A stretch of DNA of 64,000 bases from Klebsormidium nitens (lineage: Eukaryota > Plantae > Klebsormidiophyceae): assembly GCA_000708835.1 (NCBI GenBank), contig DF237029.1, positions 169,527-233,526 of the forward strand. Direction: 5' to 3'. Under the pieces are notes generated by a model. It did not search any database. It was not told where the DNA came from and worked only from the letters and a program-made list of their open reading frames with translations. Position numbers and translations under genes: made by a program. This document shows positions 12,451-23,516 of the stretch, in pieces (within the stretch, counting starts at the first letter, position 1; the number at the start of each line of letters is the position of its first letter).

Positions 12451-15400
12451 TCAAGCGGATGTTCGCTCGCTTTGCATGTTCTCACCTTTTGTGGGCGCTC
12501 CTTGTGCCGCCCTAGCAACTGACAACTCCGCTGATCCACTCGGTTCCGGCGCACCTGCTTGCCAGTCTCCTATTGACGAGATCTGAACCACCGTTTGAGA
12601 CGCCGATGCTTCTGTGTCCCCAGGAATCGAAGTCGCCTCTGCATCTTTTTTTGGTTTCACCTTCTTGGCCGAGTCCAGGCTCAGCCCTTCCATCGCAATC
12701 TCCGCTTCGATCTCTGCCAGCTCCGAGTCGATTGCATCCGAGTTTTCTCCGGCGCCGAGTCCTGTGGTGAAGAATCAATCTTACTTCACACACCGTAGCT
12801 TGTCTTTCATAATGCCGGCATTGCGTCCTTTCTAAACGAAATTCTGACACTGATAGGAGGATGAACCGCAAAAGCTTCAATGCGACTGGACACCTCGATC
12901 CACTTTTGCAAGTAAAGAGAGCCAATCACGAAATGGTTACAGAGAGGAGGTCAATCCTCCGAACTCGAATGTGCTTTCGTCATTTCTTTCTTGCCTTCGG
13001 ATCAACCGCGACTAGTGAGCGCGCGCTGTCACATCAGCAACAAATGCGGAAATAGAGCGGCTTACCCAGCGTGTCCTGTACTTCCTGGTGGCTCGTGAGT
13101 GCCCCGTCGACTTGCTGCATGCACGACTCAGCCTCCTCCAAGGTGACCGTCGAAGCCCGCAGCGTCTGCACCCCGGCCTGCAGCGCACTCGTTACCTGCC
13201 ACCGGAGCAGATTGCAGGAGGGTGTGGGGCCAGATACGAAACCCGAATTCATGTGGAGGAAGGTGGGGGTAAAGTGGGCGGTTGAATTTACTAACTCTAG
13301 CAACGATGAGAAGATGAATTTGGAGACCTTTCATTTGCCCTTGGCCGCCAAGAGTGGCTCGATCTTAGACCAGCAGTGTGGTCGGAGAGAACTACCTAGT
13401 AAAAGTGCAGAATGGGAAGCATGGAATATATGCGGTTTTGAAACAAAGTGAACCCAGTGAACCCAGTGAGCCGGAAGCAGACTCGAAGCTCTTGGAACCG
13501 CCCTCAAGCAGACGGGTTGGGTCGATACAGAAACGCACAAGACATGTAATTTGGTATGTCAAAAAGGCTTACCTGTTGCGTCACCTCAGCTTGGTCAACT
13601 TGCAGCAGCAGCTCTTCTAGCTTTGCGGCATAGTCGTTGCATTGCCGGGCCGCCCCCTCCCACAGCTTGAAGCGTCGCAGGCATCGCAGCCCCAGGGCAC
13701 GGTCCTTCTTTTTCACGGCGCTGTGAGCCGTCTCCCGAGCCCTGTAAGGGATTTCCTCGAATGAATAGACACAACGACGCCACTTGGGCAATCTCAATAC
13801 GAAACTCGGACGCTGAAAGGATTTTCGGAAGGATTTTTCTAGGAGGAAGGAGTTTTGTCAGCCTGTTTCCCTGTTTCTGCGATGCTGGTGACATCACTCT
13901 TTGGCCGGAGTCAGAGAGACGCTGATGTCCTTTAAAACTCTCTATCAGCGGCCGGCGAAAGGCGCTGGAAGGCGGGCCAGCCCGGACTCGCTTCCGACTT
14001 CAAACGTGTGAGTCCAGAATTTTCTTGGTCCGACATGTCGTATATGCTGATGCCATGGCTATCAAGAAGTAGGTCGATAGCCTATGACCTATCTGATGCT
14101 CTTGCAGCTCAAGATCTTGGGTCCAGTTCCACCACTCACTCGGCAGCTCGCCGCATCAGCGCTTCTGCACGTTCCTCCAGGCCCCGCATTGCACTCTTCA
14201 GGTGCACCCGCTGCCGGTCCTGATCCGTAACAGCCGGCACCCGTTTCTCCCCTCTGGCCGCAACCTTGACTCCGCGTACTTCCTTCCCCGCAGCCACAGT
14301 TGAAACCAGAGCAACCCTTCGCCGTCGCAGCAGTTCGTGCAGTACGAGCTGCGCCTCCCGGGGGTTTTGATGGATGGAAAGTAGGACGGGGTCCAGGAGG
14401 AGGACGGTGTGGCCTGAAGCGGGGGTGATCTCAGTCTCCACCTTGTCTGCCCGCTCCTGCAGAAACCAGACTGCTGTCATTAGGCAGGGGTCTGAAAGGC
14501 GCCCTGGCTTCAATGGTGGACTCTTTCTGATCTCTCCGTTGTGGACAGATAACATGGAAACAATGATACCGACGACCTAGCTTTGAGACTGCACTGTTCT
14601 GAATGAGATTGTCTGAAGAAAGTGGCAGCCTCTGCTCATATGAGGGTTCATTTCTCTGAGCAGCATGGAAAGCAGTGGTTGCGGAAGGTCAGTCGTGTTG
14701 ATTGTGTGGTGGATGCAGGCTGTGTCGACGACTTTCCTGAGTCTCTTTGTACGAAGAGTCCTGCAGGCCTATCTTATGTTGCCCAGTCCCTGTGCTTGGT
14801 AAAGTTCGCTTCGGTCCGTCAGTCTCGGCAAAAATCAGTTACCTTCAAAAGATCCATGATGACCATCTCCTCATCCAGCCGGATTCCGCTTGCATCTTCC
14901 CCTCCAAGAAGACCGCCAACAACTTGCTTGGCCACTGTTGCGCTCCTTGCCAGTTGTACAACAGACCATCGAATCCAGGAACGATCGTAGCTTCCCATAA
15001 GTCCACGGAAACTTTGCAGCTGTCTCCTGCGATGCATTTCGACCTGGGGTGGACCAAAAATCAGCTTTTGGCTGAGACTGCTCTAAATTACTGAAATACA
15101 GTCTGATTGGGTCTAAGCATCCCCCTTATTTTCGGCTTTTTTGTTGATTAACACAATAGAGAGCAAGTGGAACATGGATGACATGTTGCTAATGAGCCTG
15201 AAGGCAAGTCCACGAGGCTTCAGATGACTTAAAGTGCAAACATGCAATACTGGAAAGTCAGAAGACAAGTACAATGTATATCCATGCTTGTTTGCAGGCC
15301 TTCCTCCTTATTAAGTACTTCTTACCAGAACCTGGTCCAAGCCCAAAGGTTTCAGGCCGCCCCTTTTGAACATCACATTCCTGACCTGCATCAGTTTTTA

Positions 15401-15814
15401 GACAACATTAGACATTCTAAAGTAAGTCTTGTATGTTACGGAAAGACTTTGAAAGTCTTTCTGTAAAGAGCACAGAAGCAGCATCGCAACTATAGCCTGG
15501 TGGTACTATTGAGGCATGGGAGGAGGTGGAATCTCTGCATGGGAGGAGGTGGACACGAGGTTCACCTACCATGCAACTCTCATATACGGATATCAACGCG
15601 GTTGTGTGGTTCTCACCTCCTCAGTCTTGATGATAGTCGCTTGAAGATGTGCTCTTGCCACAAGCAAGATGACACCGCGCCAAAACTCAAAATGTGATTC
15701 GAAATTCTCGTCTTGGGTGCTGAAAGCTCTGAGCCTGGCTTGCATCCGAGTCTCATCATTCCATTCCGGCAATGACCGCTGCAGAAACTCTTCAACGCCC
15801 AGTGTGGAGGACAT
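12451..15814 (-). CDS. CHMP7: CHMP7 (ESCRT-II/III hybrid, Snf7 family), ~461 aa
   Basis: Exons 15814-15617, 15385-15326, 15043-14843, 14456-14140, 13741-13573, 13195-13066, 12761-12451 join in frame (1386 nt). N-terminus PEWNDETRMQARLRAFS..FEFWRGVI and FKRGGLKPLGLDQV; Snf7 helices ..LQAGVQTLRASTVTLEEAE..; DAIDSELAEIE. Confidence 0.88.
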
Positions 15815-16384
15815 TGCGGCTGGCAAGCCAATGTCCTTTCGATTTGAGCTTAATCAGATTCCGACAGCTTCCGCCGAGGTCCACAAGGAGCATGAAACCA
15901 CTTCTCTCCTTTCAGACCGAGGCTGGCCCCATGTGCCTGACGCCCCAACTTCAAGCCCGTCTGTTCTGGTTTCAAAACCTCCGCCATTTTGAACCTTGCG
16001 CCATCGAAATCTGAGTCTAATTTAGCTGATCTGTCCCACAGGGCCACAATGCCACTGTATGGGCACTGCTCAGCAGCTGGTGCACTATAGTGTTTTAGGG
16101 GTTTTGGTCGGCGACATGCGACCCTTCACATTCGCCAAAACCGCAGGCGCTCGTGAGCTGGACACTCGGACCCGGTCGCCGCGAAGTGATGCTGATTGAT
16201 CTGCACATGCTGAGGCTTCGAAGCCTGAGCACAGCACCCGCTGCAAGCTGTGCACCCAAGGCGCCTGAAGGGGGCTATTGAGATTAAAGGGGGTGCAAGA
16301 ATGTCTACCAAATCGATGCCAGGTGTGCGGTGGCTTCATCAAGCTTCAAACCAGTGCTTGTAGTCAAGGCCACATTGAAGCGCC

Positions 16385-19300
16385 ATGGGCCCCTCCAAGC
16401 CTTCCATCCTTTCTGCCGCACTGCTGTCGCGGGCAACTATTGTTGTCTTCACAGTCTGCTTCCACTCGTTTGCCGACAACTATGACACCTCCTCTGAGCT
16501 TGATGCGGACTGTTTGCACACACATTCCAATCTAAGACAGAAGTTGTGGCTCAAAAGTGGAACCTCACCAGTGACTGGCCCCCTAGACAGATACATCACA
16601 TGGGACGCCGTGCACTTTGTGCGCATTGCAAAGTGTGGCTATGAGTTTGAGCAGAGCTTTGCATTCTTCCCTGCCCTCCCGCTAGTGATGCGCACACTTT
16701 CGACAACCTTTCTGTGGCCCCTTAGCGGCCTCTTGGGGGAGCGGGGGACGCTCTGGCTCTCCGGGTTGCTGCTGTCAAATTGTGCCTTTGTTGCATCAGC
16801 GGTCTTCCTACACAGGTAGGTAGGTACGAATGCCAGACTGACTGTTGCGTGGTTCAAAGGGAAAATTAGTGTCTGGCATACCTCCAAACAGGCCCTGATC
16901 TCATAAGCCATACCACCAAATTATCGCCTCTGCTATGGTTAGCTCGAAGAGTGATACTGAGAAAGCAAGACTCTGATGTGCAGATTGGGGTTGGCCACCC
17001 TGCGCGATGAAGAGCTGGCGTATCGAGCGGCGCTCCTCTACTGCTGGAATCCAGCCTCAATCTTCTACTCCTCCGTGTATCCTCCTTTGTCACAAACTTT
17101 GTTGACGGGTCTCCTGTGTTACCACCCTAGATCGTGTAAGCTGTCGACGTCCATCTTCTTGGATCTTTGCTGCTAGGTTGAGGACTTAGAAAAGTAGATT
17201 GCCCCGCCAACCAACTGTCAATGATTGCCTCCTTTCGGTCCTACCGGCACTAGTCAAGCTTCAATCGACATCTTTGACTGCACTTGAGCAGTTACACCGA
17301 GAGCCTCTTTGCTCTGGCGTCCTTTGCGGGGATGCTCTACCTGGTGCAGCGCAGGAGGGCCTTGTCCCTGCTTCTCCTGGCTGCCTCAACGTCCGTCCGG
17401 TCCAACGGCATCTTGCACGCGTACTTCTTCGTTTTTGAAGCTGCGGCGACAGCTTCCGAGCACTGGAAGGAAGCACTAGAGGTACGATGTAGCCCTCTTT
17501 GCTGCAACATCCATGTGTCTCTTGGAGAATCTTCTTCGTTTTTCAGGACTGTGTTAGATCCTTACCTTGAAGTTGAGCCGTCTTCAGACTTTCTCCCTCG
17601 TCTCAAGTATAGGTAAGAAGCACTCTGCCCGTAAGTAGACGACGAGCAATCTCGTCCACAACGCGTCCTTTGTCATGAGCACGGGTCCATAACAGCTTCC
17701 TGTGACGTCACAATCCTGTCCGCAGGCCCTGTCACGGAAGAAGGAGCCCGAAGCTCCCGCTTACACTCGCACAAGCTCTGCACTCGTCTACGCCCTCTTT
17801 GCGGTGCTCAGGGGCGTGGTCTGGAGCGCGCTAGTCTGCACACCGTTTGCCCTCTTCCAAGCATACGGGTACCAGCAGGTTTGCGTGAAGGGCGACCAAC
17901 GCCAGCCGTGGTGCAGTAACACCATACCGTACATCTATGGCTACGTCCAAGACCGGTACTGGTAAGTGCCGCCAAGATCATAGCATCGCTGATGGACCCG
18001 TCAGAGTCGAGTGGTGTCGCCGGGCTGTTACGGTGATCGTGAGAATTTTGTAAAAGACGTCAGGAAAATGATTAAGGGAAGTTGAAAGGTCTCTGGTACA
18101 TGTTCATCTTTTCCATCTCCACGAACGACTTCAAGTTCGATTCCGTTTCCTCCGACCGGAAAGAAGACTAGTGACTGTTGAAGGTTTTGACGGGCCCAGA
18201 TCATAAGATTCGCGGAGCTCAACAGTTGACTTGCAACACGCAACGAAGAAAGATAACGCTGCTTCTGATTGCTTCTGATTGCATCTGATTGCGTCTCCTT
18301 GCGACACATTGAGTAGGTGCGGGCCTTCGGTCGCTCTCAAATAGAACCAGTTGCATCTTAGATCCATTTTGCTGACGTACTCCTTAGCTCCATCTTGAAC
18401 AACTTCGCTCAGAGTACCAACTTTAGATTCTTGTTGTTTCTCTCTACGTCCGCCCCAATCTGCCTCGACGTCTCTCCAGGAACGTGGGCTTCCTCCGCTA
18501 CTTCCGCCTCCAGCAGCTGCCCAACTTCCTGCTCGCCTCGCCCATGATCGCCCTCTCCGTGGCTGCCGTTGTATCATACGCCCTCCACGACCCAGCCCGC
18601 TTCTTCCTCCTCCACCTGTGGCCCACCTATACAAGAGAACCACCAGGCAAAGCCATTGCAAGCAGCGAAGACAAAGCGGGGGCGCCGGGAGACCCTGGCA
18701 CGAAGCGGGACAGAAGTACGTCAAAAATGTCCGGTTCGCAGTTGCTGACGAAGCGGAACGGGGGAGGGGTAGAGAGCTCGCAGCCTTTTGCGGAGGCGCT
18801 TTCTGCGCTGGGGGACTGGCAGCGGCCAGTGGGGCCTGAGGCGGGCTTCTTCTCGCCGGACGTGCTGTGCTTCACGCACCAGCTGGCAATCATGGTCTGC
18901 GTTGCCACGCTCATCATGCACGTACAGGTGGGACGACCCGTTGGATGACGTCGTTGTCCTGCTTTCCTTGCGCTTTGGGATTGGATTTTGTTTGAAGAGG
19001 GAAAGGCATCCGGGCGGCATAAGATGTGCTGGAGAATTGCGTGGAAAGATCGGGTGCGATATGACTTGCTGTGGTTCGGAGGCCTCCTTAGTACTTCATT
19101 GCTCTTTAGAGAGTGGAGCTTGCGGTTCTTTGAAGTAACCCAAGACTGGAAAAGCCAATCAGAAGATGACGTGTGTGGTTTATAGTTTCAGGCCCCGACT
19201 GGTGATAGTACGACCTCCATCAGAAGAGATCTTGATGTTTTTTCTGTTGGATCACAGTCTCCAGTCAGTTCAGTCTCCGAGTTCTGACGTCTGATGGATT

Positions 19301-19603
19301 CCACATCTTTACTTTGTGTTCGACAAAGTCTCATTGGATTCTTAAGTGCGCCTTGTTCACACGTATTGTGCGACTGCGCAGGTTGCGACACGCTTTCTGT
19401 CGGCCAGCCCCGTGGTATACTGGTACGCCGCTGGTTTGTGTAGGGATCGGAAGCAGGCACGAAACCATAGCAAAGAGATAAGTAGAGGCCGAAAAGGCCT
19501 TCCGAAGGAGTTTGGCAGCATTTACCGATGGATCTGGGGTACGTTCATCGGCTACAGTGTGATTGGAACGCTGCTCTTTACGAACTTCTATCCATTCACT
19601 TAG
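16385..19603 (+). CDS. PIGV: GPI mannosyltransferase 2 (PIG-V/Gpi18), ~539 aa
   Basis: Exons 16385-16815, 16984-17076, 17292-17481, 17726-17961, 18480-18927, 19382-19603 join in frame (1620 nt). Motifs [94 protein letters not shown]. Confidence 0.93.
17077..17291 (+). other. Putative U12-type (minor spliceosome) GT-AG intron in PIG-V
   Basis: 5' end GTATCCT; TCTTTGAC at 17271-17278 about 14 nt before the AG; no polypyrimidine tract between branch point and AG. Confidence 0.65.
18263..18291. repeat. Intronic 10-bp tandem repeat (three copies)
   Basis: ttctgattgc ttctgattgc atctgattgc. Confidence 0.7.
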
Positions 19604-20528
19604 CTGAAGCGGTTTGCAGGAAAAAGCGGGGCTGCGTGACACCAGAATAACGTACAACCTCCGGAGGCGTTTGATTGCCTGGAAACATGTTTATAACTCA
19701 ACACTCCCGTAGTACGCTCCTGAGCAAGCATGATGATGTGCCGCGCGAATTTCGCCGGCGGTCGCACTCAGTGCGCTCTTATATCCGTCAGTTACCGTCA
19801 GGCTTAGAGCCTACGTGTGCGCGCTAACCACACGCGGGAAGTGCAATATATTGTTAATAGCAGCGAATTTCGCATCCATCTCAAAACATGGGCATTATGA
19901 AGGCGACTTTAACTGACGGTATAGAGGCTCGACGGGGTGTAGCTTACTCGTCAGGTCGTCATGCAGCATCTCGTGCAAAAGCTTAAGGCAGGCTTAAGGG
20001 CCTTTGTTTTTGGTGGCTTTGCACGCAGCACCGTGAAATGCACGTAGCCAAGACCGTCAGACGGTTTGCGATTGACCACCCAAAAGCGTCTCGGGGTTCA
20101 TGGTCTGGTATGCATTGTTCTGCGAGCACTCGTGCTTACGCTCCTCAGTCCAGCCACAAAAGGTCTTTTAGCTGAACTGCCGCATTTATTATTATGAGAG
20201 TAAACGAGCGGCCCTCGATCTGCCTTCGGACTAGCGGCCGGTTTGACATAGCCACCCCCGTAATATGTATGCATGGAAGCAGCTACAGTCAAGTCATCGA
20301 TTACAGACGATTACGCGATTGCTCAACAAACATAAAAGCTCATTTCCGTCGGATACACGAAGAATGGAAGCTTTGAGAAAGGAGTCGGGGCATTCTTCAG
20401 CGCGCCGGTGAGATACACGAAGTGCTCGACGGCGCGCAAGCTGGTCAAGAATCTGAATTGGAAGCCTCAAGTGCAAATTCTGTCCGCGGGTCGACATGAT
20501 TTTTTGAGATGGACGGTGCTGACTTGTA

Positions 20529-22326
20529 TCATTCTTTCGCCTTGGGCTTCCCGATTGATTTCAGGATTGCCTCCGTGGAGATCGCCAGCCCCGGGAAAAG
20601 GTCGGGCCGAGGAGCGAGCGTTTCTGCGCCGCGGAGACTCTTCGGACTTTCCTTGCGCCCCTCAATCCACGTCCTTCGGTCATAGGTGTAGAACTCTTCA
20701 CCATAGGGATCGACGATCAGAACGAAAGCCGCGCCGGCCCTCAGCCAATCGTCCGCCTTGTCAAAGACAGACTGCTTCATCTGCAGAGATGCGGGTATGC
20801 AAAGCTCTCAGGCAGTACTGAATCACAGATGCCAAGACAAACAAGCGGCGTCCACCTTGTAAAATGTGTGAGTCTGCGTACGTAGAGCTTGACGATGATG
20901 CGCGAACTGGTGGAACAAGAAAGAAACCAGGAGTCCTGCCCACCCCAACTTATTACTGAGAAGAGTTGGCGGTGCGGCTGATGCAAGCGTGCCACACTCC
21001 AAAATACTGTTTAAATCTACTAAAGATGGCCTCAGGTGACAAAAAGAAAGTTTGACTACGTTCTGCGCATTAGGGCCTGATGCACAGTAAGTAAAAGATC
21101 ACAAGCCTCGCTGGGTTGGGCTGACTTCGATTGATCTGCGAAATTGCGGTTGATGCTCTCATTTCTGTGGCTCGCGCCAGAAGGCGATCACGAGGTGAGG
21201 ACAGTTATCTCGTGGAGCATCAACCAACGACAAGGCAAAAGCTCTCGAGAAGGTGTGTGCTGAAAGCTTTGCATAATCAACGGTGCGTCCAAGTATCCGC
21301 CATCAGCCTGCACTGCTGGCAGCCGCTTGATGACGATCGCCATAGACCAGAAAGCGTGCTGATTTTGAGCTGACTTTAAGCTATTATAAAAGATTCAGCG
21401 GTGTCCACCTGGAAAGCCGATCAGAATCTAAACTTAAAAGTACAAAACTAGTCTTTGAACAAACCGCACATGTGAACAAACGACATATCTGAACAAACCA
21501 CCTGGGTGAATGAGCACCCAGGAATCCTTCGAGACGGACCCCGATGCCTAGCGGCCTTAACTTGACAGCTGGCTGCTGGACACTTCTATTAACCTTCAAC
21601 ACGGCAACCCGGACCGATGAACAAGCAGAGCTTGCAACAGCAACAATGCCAGTAGCATGAAGATTTCTCTTGAACTTACCGAGCTCGCGTCAGTGCTGTC
21701 AGTGCTCGGTGGAAGCATCTCGACCAGCAGAGCATTCGGGCAGCCATTAAGCTGAGGCTCCTCCCTGTTCACCACTTCTCCGAAAGAAGAGCGAGACATC
21801 AGCCATGCGGCTGGCACCAGCAAAGCCTTCTGCTCCTTTAAGTAGATGTCAGATAAGTCCTCCAGAACCTTGACCCTTTCGTACACTTCAATACTGAAGG
21901 CAGTGTCGCCCCCACCCACAAAGAAAACCTTTCTATCGGACTTTCTGATATCACTTGCCCAATTTCCGAGCTGGCGGACAATCTCACCGCCAAGAGCGCA
22001 TCCTATAATGCAATCGTCACTCTGTTGCCCCGAGTTTCTAATTTGCAGCCAGGAAAATGCTCAGAGAGCACCTCGAGCTGGTATGCTGAGACGGGCTCTG
22101 CAAACTCAAGCGCCTTAATGCCATACTTTCGCAAGAGCGTGGAAGTGTTCAGCTTATTATCCTGAGTCTGGGCGACGTTCGCCTCCTCAGCGTGAGAATC
22201 AGGAAGTGCCCTCCTCTTCTGGCCCCCAGCAAAAAATTTGCACGGGCTTCTCCGCCCAATCAGGCCTTGCTTCTTGTTACGTAGGGCTTTGCATGAGACA
22301 GCGGCAAGGGAAGCAACGGCAGCCAT
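20529..22326 (-). CDS. Uma2/DUF820 family PD-(D/E)XK-fold protein with a transit-peptide-like leader and an apparent frameshift near 22005 (possible pseudogene)
   Basis: Exon 1 22326-21680, intron GTAAGT..CTGCAG, exon 2 20780-20529. Ordered Uma2-like blocks: QLEVLSEHFPGCKLETRGNRVTI / GGEIVRQLGNW / VFFVGGGDTAFSI / VPAAWL / CPNALLVEMLPPSTD / DKADDWLRAGAAFVLIVDP / DLFPGLAI. The first block is in a different frame from the rest, with TAG at 22003-22005. Confidence 0.75.
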
Positions 22327-22935
22327 TTTTTTTTCTGAGGTGCCACCGTGGCGCCGTCTGCGTTCCTAGCACAGACTCGACAGAGCGCTGAACAAGCCTC
22401 AGCCTCGCGGGGCTTTCTGTATGTTGCACGATATCAAATGACGTTACAGCCTGCATACCGGAGTCTATGCATTGCATTATTGAAAGCTGGCTTCCGAGTC
22501 TTTCTGTGCATCTTTAGGTCGGGTATATCAATTTTCTTGATTAGGTGTTTGTTCAACTTCGGTGAAGCACCAAAACCGGCCGGGCCAGGACTTGCAAGGC
22601 GTACCCCATAAGGTGATCCCCTTCGCGCCGAACCCCGTTAACGGCTCCAAACCCTCCTCAACCCACACGTTGGACGCAAACGTTTGGACGCGAGCGTGCA
22701 AGAAGCACATCGGGCGGACCGGACTCAGCCTGCGTCAGTTAGGGCCATTGTGCCATTCAGTTATCTCTATACCGTAGCTACCTCGATCGTACTGCATGCG
22801 CCAATTTAAGACATGCATCTTCAAAGACATAGCTATTGTAATTCTCTGCGGTCAAGTAGTACCTTAGTCGACTCTTCAAGAATGTGTTCCCCTCTCCGCT
22901 AATTTTCTTCAAGACTATATCTTCAGTATACGAAA

Positions 22936-22995
22936 GTTCGATGGTTTCTCCGCTGCAAATCTGTACAACGGTTCGATAGTTCCTCCGCTGCAAAT
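22936..22995. repeat. 35-bp-period direct repeat in intergenic DNA
   Basis: gttcgat(g/a)gtt(t/c)ctccgctgcaaat at 22936 and 22971; a partial copy tccgctgcaaa near 23202. Confidence 0.6.
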
Positions 22996-23516
22996 TCGTG
23001 ATTCTGACATTCTCACTTTTCTGAAATTTTCCTTAGAGCGTGCTACAATACGACGGTTACTGGCATGCACATGCGCATTAATTTGAATTGGAGAGATCTG
23101 AGAACCATCTCGCATTTTAAGCACGGTCTATTTGTCTTCAGATACGTAAGTACCCATACTCGTCTAAACATCAATTATGCAGGAGCTTTTTTTTTACCTC
23201 GTCCGCTGCAAAATGATCGAACTATCTTATCACATCTGCCCACAACCTCTTTGTGACCCTGTACAAACTTTCCTAATTTTTACATGCTTTTGCCGAACTG
23301 ACACTGGTATGTTCCTCCGATGTCGCTTTCCTATCACATAACCGTCTTCTAGTAACTACTTCAAGACTCTACAAACACACCTTCCGCTGAAGCATTATCC
23401 ACAACCTTTGAACGTTTCTCAGCGTAACCCTTCTATTCGACCTCCCCCTCCTATCCTTATACGCTTTCCGCGAAGCTTCCGAACCATCTTAGCATTCCGT
23501 AACCTTTTTCTGCACA

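Noticed and set aside
21384-21602. 72-aa ORF inside the Uma2 locus
   Set aside because: Lies within the Uma2 intron and has no family motifs.
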